NCBI GenBank assembly: GCA_043228905.1
Contig: JBHGNT010000017.1
Coordinates: 4,898,001 to 4,962,000, forward strand
Reading direction: 5' to 3'
Origin: Azolla caroliniana
Lineage: Eukaryota; Plantae; Polypodiophyta
Length of the DNA stretch: 64,000 nucleotides
Made by a program: the position numbers and the translations under genes. Shown piece after piece: positions 24,165 through 36,858 of this stretch. The notes under the pieces were generated by a model. That model ran no database searches. It saw only the letters and a list, made by a program, of their open reading frames with translations, and was not told where the DNA came from. Every line of letters starts with the position of its first letter. The stretch's first letter is position 1.

Positions 24165-26844
24165 TTAGCTCATTCTTTTGCACCCTTGATCAAACCCATG
24201 CCACACCACAATGTTGGTATAGACTTATTATGGCACCATCGTGTACAAAATTGCTCTACACACTATGTCATATTTACATGAGTTTGTATATTTCTAGAAA
24301 GTTTGGAGTATAATAAACTACTTTTTAGGCATAAATTGACTAGACTCTTTAAACCTTTACCATGAAGCCTGAATCACATTACTTTTAAGCCATATATTTG
24401 ACTCGTTTGTTGAAGCATTCCCACAAAGCTTTAGATGCATGTACATTGTGGATTTTCTACTACACAATCAATCATTTTTAACCTTTAAGCTATAATGCGT
24501 GGGGTCTCTCTCTAACACTCCTTTATCTCATGTATAAAGTCAATGTTTTTACATTGTAGTTAGTGGCAACTACTTGTTGTAGGGAATAGAAACTATAATA
24601 CTATTGTTAGAAGGAAGGAATACATGTTTAATCCATGTCACGGGTTTTGGCAAATCAATAATATATTGATGAAACTACAAGCAATGAGGTGGAGAGAGCA
24701 CAATTGGATGTGACATAAAAAATGACACGACATCAAATGCAACCCACAACGTGTTGCACTCATTGCCTTGGCAATGTTTCTTGAGTTGAGAGATCAAGAA
24801 GTTTAATAGGCGAAATCAAGGGAAGTGAATATATCCAAATCTTTGCTCGTGGACAATTTTTTTTGGGTAATCACAAACAACAAAAATGAACAACAACTCA
24901 ATACAATGCAGCAAGTAGGAAAATTATGCGTAAGAAATATTCACTAATACAAGAATGAGTTGTTTTCAGCGGAGTGAGGGTAATTTTGATGATCTAACAC
25001 GAAGAAAGGTGTGGGTGTCTCAATCAAGGTGATTTTTATGTAATTCTAGATGAAATATAACATTGTTAGTTACTCAAGAGGCAATACAAAGGATCTATCA
25101 CATTGTATCTTGCTTGGTGCAATCAATAACAAACCCATAATGTGGTACATGGAAAAACACTGTCCCAAGTTCCATTACAAAATCTTGAAGTTAATTAGTT
25201 TTCAATGTTGGCCTTTGTTGAGTTTTAGTGCATATCGTTACATGTAATGCCCATGCCCACGCATTATGCATTGCATTGTTTTATGTAGAAGGCCAATGGT
25301 GATGGTGCACGACAAACCGATGAAGAGCTTGCACCTTGCCCTTTAATGTTGTCTCAGGGTTTTGTGAAAGGGGAGTTGATGAGACGACACTATGTTATAC
25401 TCTCCTTTTGAATCTTGGATTAAATGCCATGTTGCATGGAAAATATCGACGAGCAAATTGCAATTTCCAATTTGGTTTTTTAGGCCATTGCACAAGACAC
25501 TCGAATGTGGCCAAAACCTTGACATTTAGATGGTACAAGTTTAGGGCTACATCTATCACATTTATTGATTCGATTCGAAAACAAAAATTCATGAAGGTAA
25601 TTGAATTGACAAATAATGTACATGGAGTGATGATAATAAAATCAACAACCAATGTAATGCAATGCGCTTAGATTATGATATGTCTTTTGATGGAATTTGT
25701 CAGTCCCAAGATCATCCTGGAATGCAAAGTGTGATAAGAGGAACAAATCATTGGATTCGAATAATGTACATGGAGTGATGATAATAAAATCGACAACCAA
25801 TGTAATGCAATGCGCTTAGATTATGATATGTCTTTTGATGGGATTTGTCAGTCCCAATATCATCTTGGAATGTAAAGTGCGATAAGAGGAACAAATCATT
25901 GGATTAAATGCCATGTTGCATGGAAAATATCGACGAGCAAATTGCAATTTCCAAATTGGTTTTTTAGGCCATTGCACAAGACACTCGAATGTGGCCAAAA
26001 CCTTGACATTAGATGGTACAAGTTTAGGGCTACATCTATCACATTTATTGATTCGATTCAAAAACAAAAATTCCTGAAGGTAATCGAATTGACAAATAAT
26101 ATACATGGAGTGATGATAATAAAATCAACAACCAATGTAATGCAACGCGCTTAGATTATGATATGTCTTTTGATGGGATTTGTCAGTCCCAAGATCATCC
26201 TGGAATGCAAAGTGTGATAAGAGGAACAAATCATTGGATTCGAGGGAGGCATGGTGTTACCATTATGTGCAATATCATTTGGTTGCATCTTCATTGGATT
26301 AAGCAGGTGGATATGGCTACAAGAAGGGTAGTGACGAGATAGCCAAAAGAGCCACAAGCATTCAGGACAACATCCATGTTGTCAAATCGAGCGAGGTATA
26401 GTGTGACACAAGATACCAAAGTGCGAGAAACATGACCAAAAGAGTGGTGCATGTGAACTTAACAAACGAGGACTCAAGAAGGCTCTGCTGCCACAATACC
26501 TGTATATCCACATACATACATCTTTACATGCATATATACATGCATGCATGCATGTATACATACATACATCATTACATGCATACATACATACATACATACA
26601 TACATACATACATACATACATGCATGCATGGACTGCAATGATAGATAGATAGATTGATGGATGGATGGATGGATGGGTCATCATTAGTTTCTCCAGATTT
26701 TCAGAAGAAACAAAGTGGCTCTCTGTTTTGTCCTTTTGACCTCTGGATATGGGAAACTCATCCCCATCTTCGTCGTCTCCTTCTTCATTCATACTCTCAG
26801 GAGTTGTTGTAGAGTAGAGGGGAGCCATTGGATGAATACATACA

Positions 26845-26879
<35 letters not shown>

Positions 26880-26940
26880 GACTGCAGTGAATCAGTGATT
26901 GTGTGTGTCTTCTCTCTCTACTTTCTCTGATGTTCCGGTA
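24165..26940 (-). repeat. Block B: inverted copy of the AP2 upstream region (matches ~19590-21850)
   Basis: Its reverse complement aligns by eye to block A, including the microsatellite-flanking sequence: 26630-26710 vs 19745-19830, and 26850-26940 vs 19590-19715. Confidence 0.85.
25414..26243. repeat. Recent nested tandem duplication inside block B (A-B-B-A-B; A ~200 bp, B ~146 bp)
   Basis: TTGGATTAAATGCCATG occurs at about 25414 and 25899. ATAATRTACATGGAGTGATG...GAACAAATCATTGGATT occurs at about 25613, 25761 and 26096, nearly identical. Confidence 0.9.
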
Positions 26941-26954
26941 CATTACACCCTCGT

Positions 26955-27230
26955 GCTCTACCATTCATTACAATGTCTGACAATTTAACCGATTGAAGAC
27001 CTGTTTTCAGGTGGTTAAGATCTAGATGATATAACAGCAAGTGGGTATATGATCTAGCACCTCTCAAGTTTTTGGGATCCTTCAAAGTCATATAAACTTT
27101 CCCAGTGATTCTCCAACATACCTTTCTCATTTCCTACTATATTGTCTGCTATTGTTTGCTAAATGTCCCATGCCATCGCTGTCATTGTTATGGCTTGGAT
27201 TTAGCTTTTCTTGAATCAATGAATCAAAAG
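26955..27230 (+). pseudogene. Pseudogenised fragment of the neighbouring AP2 gene (exon [30 protein letters not shown] plus both flanking introns), inverted
   Basis: TTTCAG|GTGGTTAAGAT...ATATGATCTAGCACCTCTCAAGTTTTTGGG...CATATAAACTTTCCCA|GTGATTCTCC...TTTCCTACTATATTGTCT...TTTGCTAAATGTCCCATGCC matches the reverse complement of ~14130-14405. It has a TAC>TAA stop at 27016-27018 and frameshifts. Confidence 0.9.
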
Positions 27231-27569
27231 AGACTATTAAGCCCCCCATATTACTACTAGTTTGGTGTTCTCCCTGGGCTCAGATCACATGAAGATTTAC
27301 CATTATTCAACAAAAAGCAAACTTCCTTCATGATTTAGTTTTAAAACAGAGCCCTTTTTGACAAAGTAAATGAATCAGATTTACAAAAATGAAATATAAA
27401 TGCATCCCCTTGGAGAGGAACACTAGAAAATCTCATTTGTCACATGTTTGAGCTCTTGAGAAAGTCCTTGTGCATCCCCCATTGTCATGCATATGTTTCT
27501 TATGGACATTTGGTCTAACAATACAACAAATTCACATTCTTTCTTTGATCTTATCTTTATATGTTCTGA

Positions 27570-29110
27570 TTGTTTTTATGGAAAAGGAACTCGAGGGAAT
27601 GCTTTATATTGTCAACCTCATAGTCCAGTTTCGTAACACTCTAGAATGTTGTTGTCTCCAAGCCCAAACCTTTTCCAACTTACTTGACTTCTGGTGTTGG
27701 TGAATGAATAGTCATGAAGATTCTCAGGATGGTTTGAAATTGTTGGGAAACTAAAATGAGTCATGTCGTGGATTGTTTTCTCCATCTTGGGAAGCATATC
27801 AAATGTCAATACTATGGACAATGTTGAATGTCAATGTCCGAGACCCTTCATCACCCCACTCTTTTGCATACGGAGGCATTTTACACCATCCTTTTGCATT
27901 CACGATCAAGGACAAGCAACAATCTTGAGGTTGTAAAGCTTTACCAATACCTATCTACTCATTCTTTTGCACCCTCAATCAAAAACCAAATCACACCATA
28001 ATGTTGGTAGACTCTTATTGCCACACCACCAACTATAGAATTTATCTAGATTTTATATCATGTTTACATGAATGTGTGTGTCTCTAGAATGCTTGGGATG
28101 GAATCATGATACTTTTAAGCCATATATTTTACTAGATTGTTGAAACTTTATCATAAAGTTTTACCACACATCCTCTTTACATGCATGAACATATCGTAGA
28201 ATTTTCATGACATAATCAATCATATTAAAGGTTTAAGCTTTATTATGTGGGGTCTCTCTTTTAGACCGCTTTATCTCGTGTACAAAGACAATGCTTTCAC
28301 ATTATAGTTAGGAGCAATTACTTGTAGTAGGGAATAGATGCTATGCTACTATTACTAGAAGGAAGGAATACGTGTTTGTTCCATGTCACAGGCTACTGGC
28401 AAACCATTAATACATTGGCAATGTTTGTTGAGTTCAATAGGCAAATTCAAAGGGGACTAAATATCCAATTGTTTGTTCATGGACAAACAAAAGATTATTA
28501 ATCACAAACAACAAAATGAACAACACTTAAGTACAATTTATCATAGTAATAATGAGTTGTTTTTAACATAGTTATGGTATTTTGGACAAACTAACACGAA
28601 GAAAGTTGTGGGTTTGTCAATCAGTATGATTATAATGTAATCGAAAACTAAAAGCATAAATAATTGTGATAAAGGCCAATCAAGGTAGTTTTGATGAATT
28701 CCAAATGCAAAAAACATTGTTAGTTAGTTATTGAAGAGGTAACACAAAGGGTTCATCACATTGTATCATGCATGACACAATCATATAACAAACCCATAAG
28801 GTAGTACATGGAAAAACATTTTCCTATTTGAAAGGTAATTTAATTTCAATTGTTGGACTTTGTGATGTTTAGCGCAAATCGTTACCTACAATGCCCATGC
28901 ACTTGCTTGTGCATTGACTTCTTTTACTCATAAGGCCAATGGTGATGATGCACACCAAATTGACGAAGAACTTGCGCATTTCCATTTAATGGTTTCTCAA
29001 AAATTTGTTATCATTGAGGTGCACTATCTTATCCTCTCCTTTTGAGTAATGGTGCCTTGCCCTTTAATGGTTTCTCACTAATTTGTTATCATGGGATCTA
29101 AAAGGGGACT
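27570..29110 (-). repeat. Block C: third copy of the diverged repeat (same orientation as B; matches ~20650-22250)
   Basis: CTCATTCTTTTGCACCCT occurs at about 24170 and 27958. TACTTGTWGTAGGGAATAGA and AAGGCCAATGGTGATG are shared with B, and the reverse complement matches A. Confidence 0.85.
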
Positions 29111-29147
29111 TGATGCTTGAAATGGTCACAAATATTATCGACACGAG

Positions 29148-29516
29148 TAACAATCGGCAACACCAAACCGAACCACGAAACCGTGGCTTAACAGTTCGGT
29201 TTCAACGGTTAGAAACCACAGTTTAAACGGTTTATATATTTTACATATATTAAAAAAAAACAAACAAACTAGTTTTAAACAATGTTTTCAGTTTCATGGC
29301 TTATTCTCACATTTTGAAAAAATTTTAAAATTTGAATAATGAAATATTTAAAAGATTTAAAATTTGAAATTTGAAAATTGACCTCACAAAACCACCGTGG
29401 TTTTACCGGTTAAATGGCTTAACGGTTTCGTAGTTGGGTTGGGTTAAGTTCAGGTTTCAAACAATTTAAACGGTTCGGTTTTGACCCTCTCGAACCGGAA
29501 CCGTTGCAGATTGCTA
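29148..29516. mobile_element. hAT-type MITE, copy 2 (369 bp), 340 bp upstream of the Cdc14 ATG
   Basis: TIRs TAACAATCGGCAAC / GTTGCAGATTGCTA. Perfect 8-bp TSD GACACGAG at 29140-29147 and 29517-29524. AT-rich core with subterminal AACCG/AACGG repeats. Confidence 0.92.
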
Positions 29517-29855
29517 GACACGAGAGTTAGAAAGTATGGAAACCAGGAAAGCAGAAAATCAGAAAGCAGGAAAGCAGAAAAGCAGAAAAGCAGAATCAAA
29601 ACGTCGTGGGGTTACTACTACAATTCCAAAACGCAAACCGGCAGAGCATTCTCGCGCAGGCAGGCGCCCCTCCATTCCTCCTCCTGCAGATCATTTGCTC
29701 TCTCCTCGCTTTCGCCATCTCACCTGCTTCTCCCACACACAGGGAAGCGCCTTCTTCCCTTCCTCTCATCAAAAAACCTTTCTTTTCCTCCGCCACTCCC
29801 TGTCTGCAGACTAAATTGAAGTCGATCTTCCTTCCGCACTCCATTTTCATTTCCT

Positions 29856-32800
29856 ATGGGGCCGAAAGACTTGGAACGCAGTGGCGTTTCGGAGGTGGTC
29901 CCTGGAAAGCTCTACTTTGCTGTGCTTCAACGTCCTGACGATCTCAAAGCGAATTGGCTTCCAGGACCTGCAATCTGCTTTAGCATCGACAATGAACTGG
30001 TATTGCATATATGTGTGTGTGTGTGTATATATATATATGTTATGAAAGATCATGATTTTTCCTGTTTGCTATGAAGTGTTTTTCAACTATACACTGTTAC
30101 ACTCTCCATACTATCACACTGTTTCAGCGTTGGCCATTTGAAGTTTTTCTTCCTTCCATTTTTGTTGTCCAAAAGAAGAAATCTGTTTTCATGAAGCATT
30201 CTCAAATTTCTTTGCTGTTGACAGTGAACTGGTATGATCACATTTTATTTCTTTCATTCTTTTTCCTGCTCCAAATCTTCGATGTTTGATGAAGCCAATC
30301 ATGATGTGCCATAATTATGATCATTGTTTGATGAAGCCAATCATTGATTTGTGATTACAAGCGAACTGGTATGGTCAAGTCTTTTTCACTATTGACAATG
30401 ACCATGTTTGGAATTTTTTGTCCTTTTCTTTGTTTTTGAAAAATTGCGTGCACAACATCCCCCTGTCAGTCATTTCAGGTCTGTATAGGTCAAAAGATCA
30501 TTCATTATTTCGATATAAATAATTTCATAAACTGTTTTTGCAGGTATATGAACCATTCTATGCTGATTTTGGACCACTCAATCTTGCATGCACTTACCAC
30601 TTCTGTATGAAACTAAGCAGTATTCTGCAGGTAAGCCCTTTGCCATACACATTCTAATCTCAACAGTGACTCAACCATACAATCCATAGGTACCCCAGGT
30701 ATCCTAATTCTCAATGCTTAGTAGAATTTCTATCTCATCAGTTATGCATTTAATGTCATGGAATCCTTTGTTTCTTATGTATCTAACTTGTCATACATCA
30801 CAAGCTTTCTCATGTTGACGCTCTTTGTGTCCCCAATCTTCTGGATTTTCTTTCTTTTAGAATTTTGGCAAGTAAAATTGTGTTAGCAATAGAGATGCTT
30901 GTAGTTTCCTAGATCACAATTACAATACACGCAAGCAAATATGGTATATAGGGATAACCATTATTAGAACTTCACATTTCTTCGTCAGCATTTCAAATAC
31001 CACTAAAGATGGAGATATCTGTTATCTAGGTTTTCTTGTGCTACCTCGCAAAAGTATACCATAAACCTAGAAATGTGCTGCCGCTGCATAAATCTGTCAC
31101 ATGCATCATGTTTCAGGAAATAATAAATCCTCTTCTATGTCCCATGTCTATGTATCAAAATAGTGTAGACTTCAAAATGGAGCCATATGGGTTTCAATAT
31201 CAAATGATTTTGCTGTTAAAGTCTTTGCCTAATAGTCTATAAATAACCTATGTATCAAAAGAGCTTAGGCTTCAAAATGGAGCCATATGTGTTTCAATAT
31301 CAAATGAGTTTGCGATTAAAGTCTTTGCTTAATAGTCTATAAATAAAAACTGTATTATTTGCCCATGTGCATAAGGATTGTGAATATAAGTCTTCTTCTG
31401 TAACCTTCCATTGATGCTCTCCTGGGATGATGAGACTGAAGGAAATTTCCAATAATTGATTCTACCACAAATTATCCATGCAGATACAAGTAGCCTAAAA
31501 TTCTTTGCATGGATCTTGGTGACTTATTTAAATGGAATTTAGCAGATATGAGCTTATTAGTTTATAAAGGTTTGGTCTAATTTTTTGTTGCACTTGGAAA
31601 TCTCTACAGGAAGGTGAGCTACATGGACGCTGTATATGCTTTTGTTCTAGTTCAGATCCTAAAAAGAAGCCCAATGCAGCAGTTTTGGTAAACATTTCTC
31701 CCATGTTGCAACCTTAAGAGTCTTGAACGATTATTCTATTTTATAATATAATTTGCCATTTTTGCAGCTTGGAGCTTATTTGGTGCTATGTGAAGGATGG
31801 GATGTGGAAACATCATATGCTCCTTTGTCTGAATTTGAGCCATTTCTTCCATTCCGTGACCCTACATGTGGAGTTTCAACCTACCATCTTTCTGTTCTGG
31901 ATTGCATCAAGGTATAAGTCTGTTACATTTTTCTCATCAAAAGTTTAAATATATTAGGTTTGAGGAGAATCTACTTATCTATATTGCAACATGGTTTATT
32001 TAAGCTTGCTATTTTAGTGGCTCATGTAGCAATTCAATATTACCACTATTCAATATCGTTTTGTTGCTCACATATCTCTTTGTCAATTTTATATCTTCCT
32101 GTATTTCGGTCAACCATGCAATATAGGCTCCGTGATTACATATCTAACAAAAAATCCCTCTTAGTCATTCTTGATTTATTAGGCTTAATGTTTTTAGGCG
32201 GTAGCTAAAGGCAAAAAAATCGGCTGGATAGATTTCAGTAATTTCAATGTGAAAGAGTATGAATATTTTGAGCAGGTGAATTTTTTAGTTTGTTTGTTTA
32301 ATTTGTAAAGGTTAAAATATAGCCCAATTTATTGAGAGTGATTTTCATCTAGTAAACAAATATGTAAGACTAGAAGTGTTATGTGGTCTTACCAAAGTGA
32401 GCTCCAAGGAAAAAGAAAATGTTAAATTAACTTTATAAATCAATATATTGAGAGGTTGAAAGAAAGTAATGGGTGCTTTAACTTGAAATGTTCAACAATC
32501 CACGGTCTCTTGGCCATGAATATTAGCATATATGGCATCTGTCTATGATGTGTTGAGATTCGGTTATGTTGTTTCACTTGATCATTTCTTGGAGGTGAAA
32601 AGCTTCCTGGTGAAACAATGTGCCCTAGGCTGGCTGAACAGAATGAACTATAGAATTATTAAGACCCCCATCATCCAATTTTCCAATGTCATGGACATCC
32701 AATTTCCTATTTGCAAGGCATGTATCCATCAGCCTAGCATGTTTCAAGCATATTCATTTCTAGTTTGTCACTGTAAATTAAGTTCTTCATCAAATGTTTT

Positions 32801-35800
32801 GTATCTTCTCCTTACCTGTTCGTGTCTACTGTGACAATCCTCTTGACCAGGTAATCCATAAACTTCAAACTTCCCAGAGTTAAATGTGAGTGGCTACAGC
32901 CATTTTTCCGGTTTTTCCTCTATGGAATTACGGACTTCTAGTCTTTTGAAATGTGATAAGAGGAACCATTGACATGTCTCTAGTTACTGCACTGGAATTG
33001 AAGCAATTCAAGAAATTTTATTTCCTGATATCAAAGCTTTTTGTAAACATATGCTAATAGTTGGGGTGGTCTTTATTGGATGTCCATATTTATCCTACGA
33101 AGAAGTCATTGTATCATTAACCTGACCAACCCTTAGGCGCTTATGGGCTTCTAAGACGGAAATATTCAGCACTCTTGAGTATGCTGGTAACATGGTCGAT
33201 TGATGATTATCTTCAAATTGTTTTATACTTCTTTCTCCTATAGTAACTAAAGCCGCAAAGTGGTTATTGTACAGGTTGAGAATGGAGACCTGAACTGGAT
33301 TGTTCCCAACAAAATAGTGGCATTCAGTGGTCCAGGCGCAAGGCGTACTGAGGTCGTTTGGGAGTATCTCCCTACAAGTTTTTTGCACCGTTAACCTGGC
33401 AGGAATTGTAGTCAGGGTTCATGATTTTTGAGTTTTTTTAGTTGAGTAAATCTAATCTGCTTTTCACCTGGAAATATCTTCATTAACTTGGAATTTATGT
33501 TTTCTTATAGGTCAGTGGATACCGAACTCTTGTTCCTGAAGACTATGTACCCTACTTTAAGCAGGTTGGAGCGTGAACTTTGAGAATCCTATATATCTCA
33601 TAGTAAATGGATCATTACCATGCTCATGAGGCTCCTGATATTTTTAGGCAAACGTCACCACTGTCATACGACTTAATAAAAGACTTTATGATCGGCGACG
33701 GTTTACAGAGCATGGCCTAACTCATCATGATCTTTACTTTCCTGATGGCAGGTAGGCATATAGGTGAAATAAGACAAAGCTATAAATGATTGACTTTGGA
33801 TCTAAATATTTTTACCCAAGACACCTGGATTTACACATTACTTAAGTACAAATGCCAATTTTTATTTTGCAGTTGTCCTCCAGAACGGATAGTGCAGCGC
33901 TTTCTAGAAATTCTGGAGGAGAGTCCAGGTTCTGTGGCTGTCCACTGTAAGGTAGGTTGTCAAGTTTTATATTATTGGGTCTTTCACTAGTCATAAGAGA
34001 TCTGCTAAGGTATGAAATTACCTAAATGTGGTCAGCTTAGAAATGAAATGCTGCGCTTCACTATTTGTTTTCTTTGTGTCTGTTTCTTCTTATATTTGCT
34101 TAAAAATGTACTTTATTGGGACCAGGCAGGCTTAGGAAGGACTGGTGTATTGATTGGCTGTTATTTGATGAAAAACTTCCGGTTTACTGCTAATGAGGTT
34201 TGTTTCAAACTTCTGTTGCTGTAATGAGGTTTAAAATTCAGTAACCGATAATTCTCCTATCAATTTAGTTGTCTTTAAACTATGGTGATAATATTGATCA
34301 TCATCCTTCATAAAGTTGGATTAGCATCCTATTATGTTAGACAGTATTAAGGTCATTGAATTGTTTCTATACAGTAATATAGATGCATCTTTTCTCAAAA
34401 AGGGGATGTCTGTCAGGTTACAAGTCATCCCTGCATTCAGAAGATTCTCACAAAAGGAACATAATGAGTAGCATCCAGGTGTTCATACTCCCATAAGTGA
34501 ATAGTTGGACTTTCCCAAAAAGATGGCCAGTGAATATCACATCTATAGATATTACGATGTAACTTGTAGTTTCTCTCAAGAGAATTTATTTTGTTTTGTC
34601 TTGCCTAGATGTTTTAAACATCTGAGCTTAAATTCAAATATTGAATTCACTGACATTGTGCAAGCTTATTCTTAATCGTATCTATTGTCCCTGCTGCTAT
34701 TGATTAACATTACAGGTCTCTATAATTATAAAAGCAAATGATTTGAAAACGTTTCCTATATCCTTATGGCCTTTTTCCTGTAAAAAGGAGTCATTTATGA
34801 CATCTTTAGATGGTTTATATAGAAGCTGTCAAAAGACAAGATTCAGTTTTAATTTGTTTTTGTTGATGATACATTAGCCAAAAGAGCTCTTTGATTTAAA
34901 TGAAGCCTTTCAATATCTTTGTCTTAAGAGCAAGATGCATTCTGCATCAAAAATTTAGATTAAGTGCTTGATGTAAGAAACTTTGGAGTGTTTTGACTCT
35001 GGTATATTTTGCAAGGGTGTAGGCGATAGGCTACCTTCGCATAGTAAGGCCTGGAAGTGTGATTGGACCCCAACAACACTTCTTACGGGACATGCAATCT
35101 CGTATGTGGAAAATGGTATGCTAATTTATAATTTGTTGTCTGGTTGAGAACTAACTAATATTTTCACAACCTTGAAAAGTTAATACTTGGTATTCATAGA
35201 ACTTCTACACATGTTTAATGGTATTGTATCTATTTAAAAGAAAGTATCTCTTTTAGCTTAATACCTGGGTACATTGCAATGCCCATGCTCTGTACTAAAA
35301 ACGTGGTATTAATAGCTGTGATGGTCAAGATCAGCCCAGAAAAGAGGGAAAGTATTTGCTTGAGGAGAAATATTCATGCTTCGATTGAATGATTCAATCC
35401 TAAAATTGTTCTCATGCACTGAGGAATAGCACACTATCGTCTCAGACTTCCACACTGTTAAAATGGTCAAAATAAAATTGACATTTATGCGCATTTGTTT
35501 ATAATAAAATCCTCAAGAATGGATGTGTCTATGTTTGGTGCAGGGTGATGCATTAAGGCGTCAAAGATCCGAACTCAATCGAAATAGCAGGATTTATGCT
35601 TCTCCTCCCATTACTCAAGATGGTCATTCAACAGCGCCTGATCCAACTTCAAGTCTTACATCCCCACTAGCAGCATTAACACTAGACAGAACCCAAGTTT
35701 GTAAGACAAATACTGTGGGTATCAGAGGTCACTGCATCAACTCCCATGGAAAAAGAGGGAGTGCACGGCATGTGGATTGCTCAAATGTGAGTGTAAATGG

Positions 35801-36453
35801 GTGTTTCTTTCTATTAAACTAATAACATAAAGATTCTGGCTGGAAGAAATATAGAGCTTATATATAACTGATTTCAGCAGAATTCTGGAGGTCTAACGTC
35901 ATCATCCTTGGGCGTCAAAAACAACTTGCTAAAGGAAATAGGAGACAAGTTTGAGGTAATAATAGTTTTTTGATATCATCAAACAACTGTAGAATACTTA
36001 CTGTTTGAATTTCAATATGTCATTGAAAGGCTTGAAATTATGCTACAGATGGAAGCAAACAATGAGTACAGAAGAAGCTATTCCCAAGATGGCATGCAAT
36101 CTCGTCCAACTATATACCAACGTTCAGCTCGTCCTGTCGTATCAAGAGGATCAACGAATCTATCTTCATCAGTAGATGTGTGGGACCAAAATCGGAGGCC
36201 ATCATCTGGAACTGAACCTTCTATTGGTTGTCATTACAGTTTAAGACCCCGGTCTTCTTCAACGCAACCTAATAATGCAGATATCCGTAGTGTTGTAAAA
36301 AATAAAGATGTTATAAAACCTCAAGTAGTGGAAGGAGTCTGTACTCAAAGAACTCTCAATGCCGCGGGACAGCCAAGGAAAGTAGTAGTACCTATTTCTC
36401 ATGATGGAATCAAAGATACTTCTCCAAGAAGACGAAGATCTAGTTCTCCATAG
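29856..36453 (+). CDS. CDC14: Cdc14 family dual-specificity protein phosphatase, ~578 aa
   Basis: Exons: 29856-29999, 30544-30630, 31610-31687, 31768-31911, 32198-32275, 33275-33352, 33511-33564, 33648-33751, 33873-33951, 34126-34197, 35023-35115, 35544-35786, 35878-35955, 36049-36453 (1737 nt, in frame, all GT-AG). Motifs: [47 protein letters not shown], catalytic [26 protein letters not shown]. Confidence 0.96.
31148..31347. repeat. 100-bp tandem duplication in Cdc14 intron 2
   Basis: CTATGTATCAAAA...CTTCAAAATGGAGCCATATG...AATAGTCTATAAATAA occurs twice. Confidence 0.9.
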
Positions 36454-36858
36454 AGATTTACTGAAAGTCAAGGATAGTTGATAGTTGTGGATTGTAAGAA
36501 ACACTGAAATCCCATTGAGATACATGGATTAACACGAGGCAGATTTTCTCTTGGAAGGATTTCTGAGGAAGTAATAAATCAAAGTTTTTTCTGGACACGG
36601 ATACTGAATACTCGTCCAGATTCCAAAGAGTGAAAGCTGTCTTCCACATAATTAATCATGTACATTCCTACATTTGGACCATTCCATGTAATTGCACATG
36701 ATTACTGTAACAAAGGCCTCGTGGCAACTCAACTTGTATATTATTTTTGAGTGGGACATGGAAGTTATGATATGATTTTGACAAATGGAAAAGGATATTA
36801 AATAAATTAACATGGTTATTGATCTTTTAAAGGTGTTGTCCAATGGATTGACAATCTA

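Noticed and set aside
26382-26828. 148-aa ORF with a protein-like acidic N-terminus (MAPLYSTTTPESMNEEGDDEDG...)
   Set aside because: It runs into microsatellites, shows no recognisable domain, and the frame is not preserved in the homologous arm A.
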